Part shown: positions 41,791 through 50,938 of the stretch, in pieces
Position numbering within the stretch: the stretch's first letter is position 1
Layout of the letters: each line of letters starts with the position of its first letter
Source: an uncultured bacterium
GTDB lineage: Bacteria; Chloroflexota; UBA5177; JANWHV01
DNA: 64,000 bases
NCBI GenBank assembly: GCA_963827235.1
Contig: CAWHAE010000005.1
Span: 1-64,000, forward strand
Direction: 5' to 3'
Made by a program: the position numbers and the translations under genes
Notes under the pieces: model-generated
Seen by the model: only the letters and a program-made list of their open reading frames with translations
The model's database searches: none
What the model was told of the DNA's origin: nothing

Positions 41791-42231
41791 GCTCCTACTC
41801 CATCGTTACCATCGTCGTTGCCGGCCAGGCGCGTTGTAAGTGTAACCGGACGGCACCTATCCCCGCCAGCAAGCGGGCTGATCCGCTGATCCTGGGATCG
41901 CCTCCCAATTGCTGCCGGTGATTACTCCTGCACTGAGGCCACGACGAGATCTACACGCCGCGACGATGCCCAGGGATTCATCCCGCCTGTGGCCGCAGGC
42001 CATATCGCTTCATCCCGGCGTTACTTACGGCTCTCCAAGGGCGGCGTGAAAACCGCCCGTGCGCGTTTCACCGATTCTTGAGTATAGGGGCAAGCCAGCG
42101 AAAGGCCGCGCGTCTCTCGCTCCCCCGTCCGCCTGACATACAAAGGAGGATAAGAGGTGCGATGCCGCGCCCGGTGTTGGGACCGAGCATCCTGCCAGCC
42201 CGCCCCTCATCTCACCAAGGTAGGCGAAAGA

Positions 42232-42735
42232 CTACGGAAGCTTTGAGCCGCAGGATCCGCAGAAGCGCCTGCCCGGAGCATCGGTCTCGCCACACGTCGG
42301 GCAGGTCACCGGCTCGGGCTCAGATTGGTCGGTCTCAGCGGCCGGAAGCGCCGGCTGCGGCTGGCCGAGCAACCTCACGGGCTCCTCGATCACCTCGATC
42401 GCAGGCGGGGCAGTGTCCTGCTCCAGATCCGCGTCTCCGGCGATCGCACCGCCCGCAGCCAATTGCTCGATCAGCGCTCGCTGCCTGGCGATCGCGGCAG
42501 TCGTGCCCTCCAGGGCCTGGCAGATGTCGTCCAGCCAGCGCGGACACGGTTGTCCGGCCTTCCAGAGCTTGAACATCTCCTCGCCGATCTGGGCCCTGAG
42601 CGAGAGGGCGTCGGCACGAAGCTCGGCCATGACCTTGCGTTCGGTTACTAGCTGCTGTTGCTGGACCGCGGCTGCCATAGCCTGTCGGCCGGCCGCACCA
42701 ACCTTACCGGCTGCCTTGAGCACATCCATCGGCAT
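42232..42735 (-). CDS. Coiled-coil plus C-terminal zinc-ribbon protein
   Basis: CPTCG..FCGSCG at the C-terminus. Confidence 0.75.
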   Translation of the reverse strand: MPMDVLKAAGKVGAAGRQAMAAAVQQQQLVTERKVMAELRADALSLRAQIGEEMFKLWKAGQPCPRWLDDICQALEGTTAAIARQRALIEQLAAGGAIAGDADLEQDTAPPAIEVIEEPVRLLGQPQPALPAAETDQSEPEPVTCPTCGETDAPGRRFCGSCGSKLP

Positions 42736-42738
42736 ACC

Positions 42739-43263
42739 TCACTCCACGCGCATGCCGCACATCGGGCAATACTGCTGGCCGGCCGGGACCTCGGCCAAGC
42801 ACTCGGAACAGCACCTCGCGTCGCCTGCGCCGGCTAATCCGCGTTCCGCGCCATCCGCGCCCCGTGCCGCCACGGGGAACAACGGTTGGGGCTCCGGCGG
42901 CATCGGCAGCGAGGGGCTCAGGCCGGCAGCCCCAGGCCGCATGGCAGGCACTGCCGCCCAAGCCTTGAGATCGGCGAGCTCGCCGAGCAGGCGCTGGTAG
43001 TCGCCGTTGAGTTCGTCGATCGAACGGCATAGCTCGTCCATGGCGGCCGACCAGTCGGCGGCGCTGTTCTTCCACTGCTGAAAGGCCAGCTTCCCCAGTT
43101 CCGAGACTCGCTGCTCCAGCCGAGCCCGCAGGTCTCCGAGACGCTCCTCCAGAGCCGCGATCTCCGCGGCGGCGCGTACTCGCCGCGCCGCTTGCTGCGT
43201 CTCTGCGGTCGCACGGGACAGCACTCGGTCCAGCAGATCTGCTGCACGGTCGAGGATGCTCAT
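42739..43263 (-). CDS. Coiled-coil plus C-terminal zinc-ribbon protein (paralog of neighbour)
   Basis: CSEC..YCPMCG; shares a G..xF..WK..D..C segment with 42232-42735. Confidence 0.75.
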   Translation of the reverse strand: MSILDRAADLLDRVLSRATAETQQAARRVRAAAEIAALEERLGDLRARLEQRVSELGKLAFQQWKNSAADWSAAMDELCRSIDELNGDYQRLLGELADLKAWAAVPAMRPGAAGLSPSLPMPPEPQPLFPVAARGADGAERGLAGAGDARCCSECLAEVPAGQQYCPMCGMRVE

Positions 43264-43324
43264 ACTGTCTCCCGCTTCGGTTGATCGGCGCCCGCAGCTC
43301 GCTCCCAGACCTTCTCGCACGCTC

Positions 43325-44962
43325 TCAGGCCACGCCGATCACGACGACGGTCGTGTTGTCATCCGAGCTCTGGTCGACAGCCGTCTGCGCGAGCCTCCCG
43401 GCCAGGTTATGCAGCGATGTCTCCCGGCCGAGGGACGATGCAGTCCAGACGTCGTGCCGCATCGTCTTCCAGTAGCCGTCCGTGCACAGGATCATGTAAC
43501 TGTCCGGCTCGAGATCCTGCACGTACCAGTCGAACAACTCCTCGACGCGCTCCTCGCCCACGGCGTGAAGGATGACGTTGTTTCCCGCCGCCGTGAACAT
43601 CGCGTCGGCAGGCATCAGGCCGAGCAGGACCTGCTGCTGTACGAGCGATTGGTCTCGCGTGACCTGACTGACGTCGCTCGAGGGCGACACGTAGTAGGCC
43701 CTGCTGTCGCCTATGTTGGCAACGTAAGCCACGCGCCCATAGACGAGCGCGACGACCAGCGTGGAACCCATCTCACCGTGCCGCGAGATCTCATCCAGCA
43801 CCTTGCCGTTTGCTTCCGCGATAGCCTCGCGCACGACGACGCGCAGCTCGGCTTCGGTAAGCTCGGTCGCTCGTTCGACGGCAACGCGCTCGAATATGTG
43901 GCTGCCGACCGTGCTCACGATTGCCTTGCTGATCAACCCGCTGCCTGGAGCGTACCCGCCCATGCCGTCCGCCAGCACGGCCACGCACACAGCCTCGGCC
44001 CGGGAGTCGAAGCAGCCGGACATCACCGCCGTCCAGTAGCTATCTTCGTTGGGATGATGCGGCCCTTCCAAGCTGCACGCGCCTACCTCGACCGCCATGC
44101 CGCTGCTGCCGAACTGCTTGCGGCGGTGCAGAACCCGGTAATATGCGCCCGCGTAGGCCAGTTCGTCCTGCGTGCCGGTTGGTAAGGCGGACTGCGCGAG
44201 CACCCATTCCTGCTGCCTGGGTGCTCCGCAATCGACGCAAAACCGTTGCTTGGCGTCGTGGGCATCATTGTGCGTCGAGCCGCAGGCCCAGCACCGCTCG
44301 CCGAAGACCCGATCCTCCACCGCGTACAGGGCCGTCACGTCGGCGGGGACTGGACCGCCCAGCAGCGTGGTCGCCGACTCGGGCGACAGCTCGCGCAGCA
44401 CGGTGAAGCGGCCCGCCACGACTGATCCGGGCTGCAATGCCGGCTGATCCTGAGGCGTCGAGGCTTCGGCGAGAGGGACGGTGTCGCCGTCCTTGCCCGA
44501 AGCGGTCGCCGCAGGCGATTGGCCGGCAGCTCCGGCTCCTGCCGGATCCGCGACTGGACGAGCGGGCTCGGCGGCCGAGGCATCTGCCTCGAGACCGGCG
44601 GGCGCACCATCCGCCTTCTCCGCGGGCTGCTCAGTCGCCGGCGTTTCGGTCGGCACGGACACCTCCACGCTACCGGGCGGCGCACCGCCGGCAGTCGAGG
44701 CCGAGTCGCCACTGGCGGCTTCCGGCTTGGCGATCTCACGCATGCCATCGGCCGGCGCGGGCGCCGCGCCGCTGCTCTCAGAACTTCCTTCACCGGATCC
44801 CGGCACACGCTCGTCTGGTGGCAGTTCGGATGCCGGCGCTTGACCACCTGTCTCGCTCATCGACGTGGCTCCTATGCGCGCACTGTCCAGGCCATTCTTG
44901 GCGCCATGCTGATCCGCCTCTCCTCCCGCGCCGCGTGCGAACGCGCGCCAGATCCTGCCCAT
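43325..44962 (-). CDS. PP2C-type Ser/Thr phosphatase with low-complexity N-terminus and zinc ribbon
   Basis: NEDS, ADGMGG, NIGDSRAY, CTDG, DDNTT; CWACG..CVDCG. Confidence 0.9.
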   Translation of the reverse strand: MGRIWRAFARGAGGEADQHGAKNGLDSARIGATSMSETGGQAPASELPPDERVPGSGEGSSESSGAAPAPADGMREIAKPEAASGDSASTAGGAPPGSVEVSVPTETPATEQPAEKADGAPAGLEADASAAEPARPVADPAGAGAAGQSPAATASGKDGDTVPLAEASTPQDQPALQPGSVVAGRFTVLRELSPESATTLLGGPVPADVTALYAVEDRVFGERCWACGSTHNDAHDAKQRFCVDCGAPRQQEWVLAQSALPTGTQDELAYAGAYYRVLHRRKQFGSSGMAVEVGACSLEGPHHPNEDSYWTAVMSGCFDSRAEAVCVAVLADGMGGYAPGSGLISKAIVSTVGSHIFERVAVERATELTEAELRVVVREAIAEANGKVLDEISRHGEMGSTLVVALVYGRVAYVANIGDSRAYYVSPSSDVSQVTRDQSLVQQQVLLGLMPADAMFTAAGNNVILHAVGEERVEELFDWYVQDLEPDSYMILCTDGYWKTMRHDVWTASSLGRETSLHNLAGRLAQTAVDQSSDDNTTVVVIGVA

Positions 44963-44991
44963 GGTGTTCCTTGCTCGCGATCTACGTGCAG

Positions 44992-45738
44992 TTACGCACC
45001 GATCCGGATCTTGGCGTTGAAAGCGCCGAAGGCGATCGTGTCACCGTCCCGCAGTTCGACGGCCTTGTTGTACTCCAGCATGCGACCATTGACGTACGTG
45101 CCATTCGTGGAACCCACGTCCAGGATGGAGAACGTGTTCCCGTCTCGACGAATCACTGCCTGGTGCCGCGAGACGCCGAAGTTCGGGTCTCCGCCGCCGA
45201 AGGGGATGACGTCCAGCTCCGGATGCCAGTCTTGCGCGATATCGGCACGCCCTACGTTGGTCACATCCTGCTTCACGGAGAACTCGGCATTGTCCGCGAA
45301 AGTGATGGTAAGCATGGGAGCGGGCAAGGGAGTGGCGGCCTGCGGGAACCCGGCAGCGGCCTGATCGGGCACGGCAGGCGCGGGCGGAGCGTCCGGCGCC
45401 GGCGTCGCGATGTCTGCGGGCGCCGAAGCGGCGACCGCTGGCGCCGGGGCAGCAGGGGCGTCGGCCGGCGCGGCCTCCGCGGCCGCCGCGGGCGCGGACA
45501 CCGTGTGCGTGGCCTCTTGCGCGCTGGGAGCGGCGTTCGAGGCGTCATCGCCGAGCTGATCGAGAAGCGCCTGTGCTCCGGCTATCGCGTCCGCCGCGGC
45601 CCCATCGCCCGCCGCGGCAGGCACGCTGGCCGGCGCCGGAGCAGCAGAAGCCTCGGGAGTAGGAAGCGCCGTGCCGCACTGCTCGCAGTACGCCATACCG
45701 GGAAAGTTCTCCGCACCGCATTGCGGGCACTTGATCAT
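44992..45738 (-). CDS. Zinc-ribbon plus FHA domain protein
   Basis: CPQCG..CEQCG, Ala/Pro linker, VGR, VSRHQA, GSTNGTYVN. Confidence 0.93.
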   Translation of the reverse strand: MIKCPQCGAENFPGMAYCEQCGTALPTPEASAAPAPASVPAAAGDGAAADAIAGAQALLDQLGDDASNAAPSAQEATHTVSAPAAAAEAAPADAPAAPAPAVAASAPADIATPAPDAPPAPAVPDQAAAGFPQAATPLPAPMLTITFADNAEFSVKQDVTNVGRADIAQDWHPELDVIPFGGGDPNFGVSRHQAVIRRDGNTFSILDVGSTNGTYVNGRMLEYNKAVELRDGDTIAFGAFNAKIRIGA

Positions 45739-45881
45739 GGTTGAGACATCCTTTCACTGAAGATTGTCGCGCCCTGCCACATCGTGACAAGAGCAGACGC
45801 CGCGTATTGGGATGACTCCTCACTCCGGAACACTGCCATTCGACATGGCGCAGCACCCGGAGTGAACCGGCCGAATAGCGA

Positions 45882-47168
45882 TCAGGAACCCTGCTCTTGA
45901 TTCTGGGGCAGCACGAGCTTCCTCGTGCCGCTGGTCAGCTTCTTCGTGGCAGACGAGTCGGCGATTGCCGATGTGGTCCCCGCGTCCTTGAGCTGCAGTT
46001 TCATCGTGCTGACCGTCTGCTGAATGAAGCCGGGATCCGCTCCCACGCGCTCGAGGCTCTGCTGCAGGATGTTGAGCTTCTGCGTCGCACCGGGCACGTC
46101 GCCGGCCTGAGCGGCCTGCAGAAGCTGCGTTTGCGCCGTCTCGACTGCCGCGTGATCCACGTATTTCTTGACGTCGGGATTCATGGGTGGGAACCCGGTG
46201 ACATCGGCGAGCTGCACGGTAAAGTCGTCCGAACGCACCTCGAGACCGCTATTGGGGGGCTGGTCGTAGCGCAAGGTCAGCGTAGCGACTTGAAATTCGC
46301 TGGCAAAGCCTGCGCCGCCCTCGTAGACGTATTCGACGAGCAGGGTCATGCCGTCGCGCTGCACGTCGCCCAGGCTCACTTCGGTATGGCGATTCGTGGG
46401 TGTCACCGGCGTGAAGTCGAACGACTTGAGCTCGGGAGCCACCTCGTGTATCCGCTTTGGCCGGAACCGCTGCCGGTAGTCCATGAGCAGCACGGCATTG
46501 GTCAACACCGTGGCCTGGACGGTGACCAGCACCTCTCTGAAGAAATCGGCGACCGACTCGGCGCGATCGATGTATTCCGAGACGCCGCGCGCGCTGCGCG
46601 ACATCTCCGTCAGCAGGCGTCCGTTATAGTCGTCGCCGATTCCGCCCAGCATAAGGGGGATCTGCGTCTGCTCAGCAAGCTGATAGCAGCGATCCTCATC
46701 GTTCGTCTGGCCGTCCGTAAGTACGACGATCTTGCGCACCGCGCTCTGGGCGGGCAGGGCGTAGAACTGCTGCTGAGCCGCGGCAATGCCGTCGCCCATC
46801 AACGTGCCGCCGTCCGCGCGTAGATTCCGGATCGCGTTGTGCAGGCGACTCCGGTCGCCGGTCACCACCGTCGCGGGTACCAGGATCTGCACGCGATCCG
46901 AGAAGGCAATCAGGCAGATGGCGTCGCCATCCTGAAGCTGGTTCACCACATTGGCCGCCGCGGCCTTGACGAGATCGATCTTCCGCTGGCCGCGGGCCTG
47001 AATCTGACCGTCCATGCTGCCGCTCGTGTCGATGACGAGGCCGATCTGCACCTGCGGGCGAGTCCGCACGGCGATGTCCGGATGGATCCTGACCGCTGCG
47101 TAGTTAGCCGCCGGAGAAGCTACCGGGATGTTGGCATAAGCAGGGATAATCTCAAGGGTAGTCGGCAT
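45882..47168 (-). CDS. von Willebrand factor A domain protein
   Basis: MIDAS DTSGS, GGT, LTDG. Confidence 0.92.
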   Translation of the reverse strand: MPTTLEIIPAYANIPVASPAANYAAVRIHPDIAVRTRPQVQIGLVIDTSGSMDGQIQARGQRKIDLVKAAAANVVNQLQDGDAICLIAFSDRVQILVPATVVTGDRSRLHNAIRNLRADGGTLMGDGIAAAQQQFYALPAQSAVRKIVVLTDGQTNDEDRCYQLAEQTQIPLMLGGIGDDYNGRLLTEMSRSARGVSEYIDRAESVADFFREVLVTVQATVLTNAVLLMDYRQRFRPKRIHEVAPELKSFDFTPVTPTNRHTEVSLGDVQRDGMTLLVEYVYEGGAGFASEFQVATLTLRYDQPPNSGLEVRSDDFTVQLADVTGFPPMNPDVKKYVDHAAVETAQTQLLQAAQAGDVPGATQKLNILQQSLERVGADPGFIQQTVSTMKLQLKDAGTTSAIADSSATKKLTSGTRKLVLPQNQEQGS

Positions 47169-47405
47169 GGAGGATCAGCTCTCCTTACAGCTAAGAACGG
47201 CGCAGCTGTAACGGACACCACCGTGCCCGGATTGCACCGGACAACTCGATCGCGCACGGGACAAGGTCTCGCCTGAAGCCGCGAGCCGGGCGACCGTCCG
47301 TGCTCTGGGCGGTTCGATTATAGCACACCCCCATTCTTCAGCGATACCGAACGCAAGCGACGCTCCTCGGCCGAAAGGCACCGTTCACACGGTACATCGA
47401 TCGCT

Positions 47406-48299
47406 TCAGATGCTCCCGCTCAAATAGGCAAAGGCGTGCCGCACGGCCACGCCGAGCGCCGGCGTGGCGCGCCGATAGTACTCCACGTACCGCGCGGCTT
47501 CCTCCGGGCTCAGCGCCCGATCAATTGCCTGTCGCAGCGTCGCGGTATTGGGGTAGGCACCGCCGTCGAGCATGGTCTCGATCCACTGTGCGTCCTTCCG
47601 CTCGCGCCTCAATCCCAGATGAAGCTCGAGGTCCAGGCGCGAGAACGCGGCTTCGTCAAAAAGCCGGAAAAGGTCTCGCTCGTCCGAGGCCATTGCGCCG
47701 CTGGGCTCGGAGGGCTTCGAGGCGAAGAACACCTCCTCCACGCGAACCGCGAGGTCGGCGACGGGCCCGGGATCGATGCCGAACAACGGCCTGTCGAGCG
47801 CAGTGGTGGTAACGGGCTCGAAGAGAGAGATCCGGCCTCCCGGGCGCAGTACCCGGCGAATCTCCGCCACCGCGGAGCGCTTGTCGAGCACGTACATCAA
47901 GACCGAGCGCGTGAGCACCGCGTCGATCGAGGCGTCCGGCACGTCTGCCAGATCCACCGCGCTGTTGCGGATGAAGCGCATGCGGTGCGAGACCTGCGCG
48001 GCGGCCGCTATGCGAGCACACTCGTCCAGCACGTCCTGGGATATGTCGTCCACTACTACCAGCCCCGCCTCGCCCACCCGATGAAGGGCGCCAAAAGCGA
48101 GCAGGCCAAAACCCGATCCGATGTCGAGGACATAGTCACCGGGGACGAGCTGCGCCCGATCGAGAACGCGATCGCGGATCGATGTGAGAAAATCCAGCGT
48201 GTCCTTCCCGTGCGGTCCGCGTAAACGTGACTGCAGAAGCCACGTGCTCCAGCACTCGAGCTCGTAGTTCAACGCGTCGCTCCCGAGCGTCCCAGTCAT
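47406..48299 (-). CDS. Class I SAM-dependent methyltransferase
   Basis: VLDIGSGFG, DIS, RVLRPGG. Confidence 0.9.
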   Translation of the reverse strand: MTGTLGSDALNYELECWSTWLLQSRLRGPHGKDTLDFLTSIRDRVLDRAQLVPGDYVLDIGSGFGLLAFGALHRVGEAGLVVVDDISQDVLDECARIAAAAQVSHRMRFIRNSAVDLADVPDASIDAVLTRSVLMYVLDKRSAVAEIRRVLRPGGRISLFEPVTTTALDRPLFGIDPGPVADLAVRVEEVFFASKPSEPSGAMASDERDLFRLFDEAAFSRLDLELHLGLRRERKDAQWIETMLDGGAYPNTATLRQAIDRALSPEEAARYVEYYRRATPALGVAVRHAFAYLSGSI

Positions 48300-48333
48300 G
48301 AGCGTTCAGATGGGTGCAGTATACCGTGACTGG

Positions 48334-48362
48334 TTGACAATATAATGTGGTGTCGTTAGCAT
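48334..48362 (+). promoter_or_regulatory. Sigma70-type promoter for miaB
   Basis: TTGACA-17 nt-TAGCAT. Confidence 0.6.
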
Positions 48363-48381
48363 CGTTGTACATTCTGGAGGG

Positions 48382-49686
48382 GTGGCAAGCACGGACATGC
48401 ACCGTTTTCACGTCTGGACGATCGGCTGCCAGATGAACGTAGCCGAGAGCGCGGCGATTTCCCTTGCCCTGCGCAAACGTGGTCTCAAAGCGGCCGCGTC
48501 CATGGATGACGCGGACCTCGTCATCCTGAACTCCTGCACGGTGCGCGAAAGCGCTGAGCAACGCGTGCAGGGCCAGCTCGGCATGCTGGCCTACCGGCGG
48601 CAGCACGATCCGGACCTGATGATCGCGCTGACCGGCTGCTCCGTCGAGCCCGACCTGGCTGCGATGGAGCGCCAGCTGCCCATGGTCGACTTCTTCTTCC
48701 GGCCCGGCGCACTGGGCCACTTCCTCAGCCAGCTCGAAGCCCGCGAGATCACTGGCCTGCCGCTCGTGCCGGAGCCCACCATGGGTCACGAGCAGCCCGT
48801 GAGCACGTATCTCACGGTCATGCAGGGCTGCAACAAGTTCTGCACCTTCTGTATCGTTCCCTACCGGCGCGGACGCGAGCGAAGCAAGCCGGTTGCCGAT
48901 GTGGTGCGGGAGGTCGAGGCCCTCGTGGCGCGTGGCGTCAAGGAGGTGACCCTGCTGGGCCAGAACATCGACACGTATGGGCATGACATTGCCACTCCCA
49001 GTCACCTCGCCGAGCTGCTGGAAGCAGTCGACGCGGTGCAGGGCATCGAGCGCGTGCGCTTCATGACCTCGCATCCCCGCAACATGGACGACCGCCTGAT
49101 CGAGGCGGTGGCGCAGCTGCCTCGCGTGTGCGAGCACATCCACGTGGCCATCCAGTCGGGCGACGACGGGGTGTTGCGCCGCATGCGTCGGGGATATACC
49201 GGCGAGGCCTGCGTGACTCTGGCGGAGCGCATCAAGTCGACGATCCCCGGCGTTGCCATCTCCACCGACGTCATCGTGGGGTTCCCCGGTGAGACCGAAG
49301 AGCAATTCCGGCGCACTCTGGACGTGCTGGCGGCCTGCGCATTCGACAAAGTGCACACGGCCTGCTACTCGCCGCGCAAAGGCACGGTGTCCGCCACCTG
49401 GGCCGATGACGTGCCGCAGGAGATCAAGGAAGAAAGGCTCCACAGAGTCGAGGCGCTCCAGGAGCCCATAGCGGCGCGCCGCAACGCGGCGTTCATGGAC
49501 ACGATGGTGGAAGTGCTGATCGAGGATTCCCAGTCGGCGCGCAAGGACACGCCGCAGTGGCGCGGGCGCACGCGATCCGGCAGGCTCGTCTACCTGCCTC
49601 GAGAAACTGAAGATCGGCGCGGACATCTCTTGCACGCGCGGGTGGTCAAGACGAGCCCATGGGCCCTGCAGGCCGTGCCGGCATAG
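48382..49686 (+). CDS. miaB: tRNA-2-methylthio-N6-dimethylallyladenosine synthase
   Basis: TIGCQMN, NSCTVRESAE, CNKFCTFC, TSHP, VGFPGET, C-terminal TRAM-like region. Confidence 0.93.
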   Translation: MASTDMHRFHVWTIGCQMNVAESAAISLALRKRGLKAAASMDDADLVILNSCTVRESAEQRVQGQLGMLAYRRQHDPDLMIALTGCSVEPDLAAMERQLPMVDFFFRPGALGHFLSQLEAREITGLPLVPEPTMGHEQPVSTYLTVMQGCNKFCTFCIVPYRRGRERSKPVADVVREVEALVARGVKEVTLLGQNIDTYGHDIATPSHLAELLEAVDAVQGIERVRFMTSHPRNMDDRLIEAVAQLPRVCEHIHVAIQSGDDGVLRRMRRGYTGEACVTLAERIKSTIPGVAISTDVIVGFPGETEEQFRRTLDVLAACAFDKVHTACYSPRKGTVSATWADDVPQEIKEERLHRVEALQEPIAARRNAAFMDTMVEVLIEDSQSARKDTPQWRGRTRSGRLVYLPRETEDRRGHLLHARVVKTSPWALQAVPA

Positions 49687-49783
49687 AACGCCCGGTTTTG
49701 CGCGCCATGGCGTAGCGACATACGGGTCGCCGGCATGCGCAGGTATCCTATTCTATGGTGACGAAAGGACATGAAAGACGAAG

Positions 49784-50596
49784 ATGAATGAGCTGCAGCA
49801 AGAAGAGCGCCAGCGCGACCGGCGCAGGCTGATCGAAGAGTCGATCAAAGCGGCCATGAGCAATTCATGGGAAGAGGCCGCGGACAAGAATCGGAAGCTC
49901 GTCGAGCTCTTCGAGCCCGACGTCGAAGCCTGGAATCGTCTCGGCAAGGCCTACGCCGAGCTCGGGCGCATCGGCGACGCGCGCGAAGCGTATGCACACG
50001 CCCTGCGCATCGAACCCGGTAACGCCATCGCCAAGCGCAACGCCGAGCGCTTGAGCCTGATCCGTGAAGAAGTCCTGCCCGTCTTCCGCGACCGGCACGA
50101 CTCGGTAGACGCCCGATTCTTCATCGAGGAGACCGGCAAGACGATAGCCCGCTCCATATTCACGGCCGTGCCCAAGGAAGTGCTGGCCAAGCTCTCAGCC
50201 GGAGATCGCCTGAAGCTGGAGCCGCGCGCCGATCTGGTGGCCGTAGCCGCGACCAGCGGCCAGGAGCTGGGCATGCTGGACGGGAAGCTCAGCAGCCGGC
50301 TGGTCGAGCTGATCGACGGCGGCAACCAGTACGAGGCTGCCGTGGTGCGCATCGAGGGACGCTATATTCGCGTCATGCTGCGCGAGACCCATCAGGCCCC
50401 GCGGCTAACCGGTCGCGTCTCCTTCCCGCCCGAGACCAGCAGCGGCTTCAAGCCGTACACGAAGGATACCCTCGTACGGCAGGACCGCATGATCGAGGAC
50501 GAGGAAGACGCATACGGCACCTACGAGCCGGAATCCGACGAGATCGCCGACGTGGACGACCTCAGCGACACCTACGACGATAACCTCGACGGCTGA
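49784..50596 (+). CDS. Tetratricopeptide repeat protein with acidic tail
   Basis: AWNRLGKAY..AREAY..AL.IEPGN.IA, FIEETGK. Confidence 0.85.
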   Translation: MNELQQEERQRDRRRLIEESIKAAMSNSWEEAADKNRKLVELFEPDVEAWNRLGKAYAELGRIGDAREAYAHALRIEPGNAIAKRNAERLSLIREEVLPVFRDRHDSVDARFFIEETGKTIARSIFTAVPKEVLAKLSAGDRLKLEPRADLVAVAATSGQELGMLDGKLSSRLVELIDGGNQYEAAVVRIEGRYIRVMLRETHQAPRLTGRVSFPPETSSGFKPYTKDTLVRQDRMIEDEEDAYGTYEPESDEIADVDDLSDTYDDNLDG

Positions 50597-50605
50597 GTGA
50601 CGCCC

Positions 50606-50643
50606 GGCACCCGGCCCCTGCACGACTGCAGAGGCCGGGTGCC
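50606..50643. terminator. GC-rich hairpin between convergent genes
   Basis: GGCACCCGGCCCCTGCA-CGAC-TGCAGAGGCCGGGTGCC. Confidence 0.6.
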
Positions 50644-50686
50644 ACCGCTACCTCTTCCCCTGCCTGACGGCCTGAGCGGTGGATAC

Positions 50687-50917
50687 TCAGCGAACCGCGC
50701 TCTTCCTGGCGGATGCGCGGCGGGTTGCCATCCAAAGCGGCAGCGGCACCAGGAGACAGAGCAGCCCGATCACCACCAGCACGCTGATCAGCGTGGCCAC
50801 CGGAGCGTTCCCGAAGTCCATCGCGGCTTCGTAGAGCACCCAGAACAGTACGGTGCCGGAACCCACGATCGTCATCACCCAACCGACGATAGTTAGTGCG
50901 CGCCTGTCCGTCCTCAT
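50687..50917 (-). CDS. Small two-TM protein at the end of the Rieske/cytochrome b operon
   Basis: RBS AGGAGGAGG; two hydrophobic helices. Confidence 0.7.
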   Translation of the reverse strand: MRTDRRALTIVGWVMTIVGSGTVLFWVLYEAAMDFGNAPVATLISVLVVIGLLCLLVPLPLWMATRRASARKSAVR

Positions 50918-50938
50918 AGCGGCGGTTCCTCCTCCTGG

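Noticed and set aside
44430-45680. Ala/Pro-rich repetitive DNA in the PP2C and FHA genes
   Set aside because: Low-complexity protein linkers, not discrete DNA repeats.
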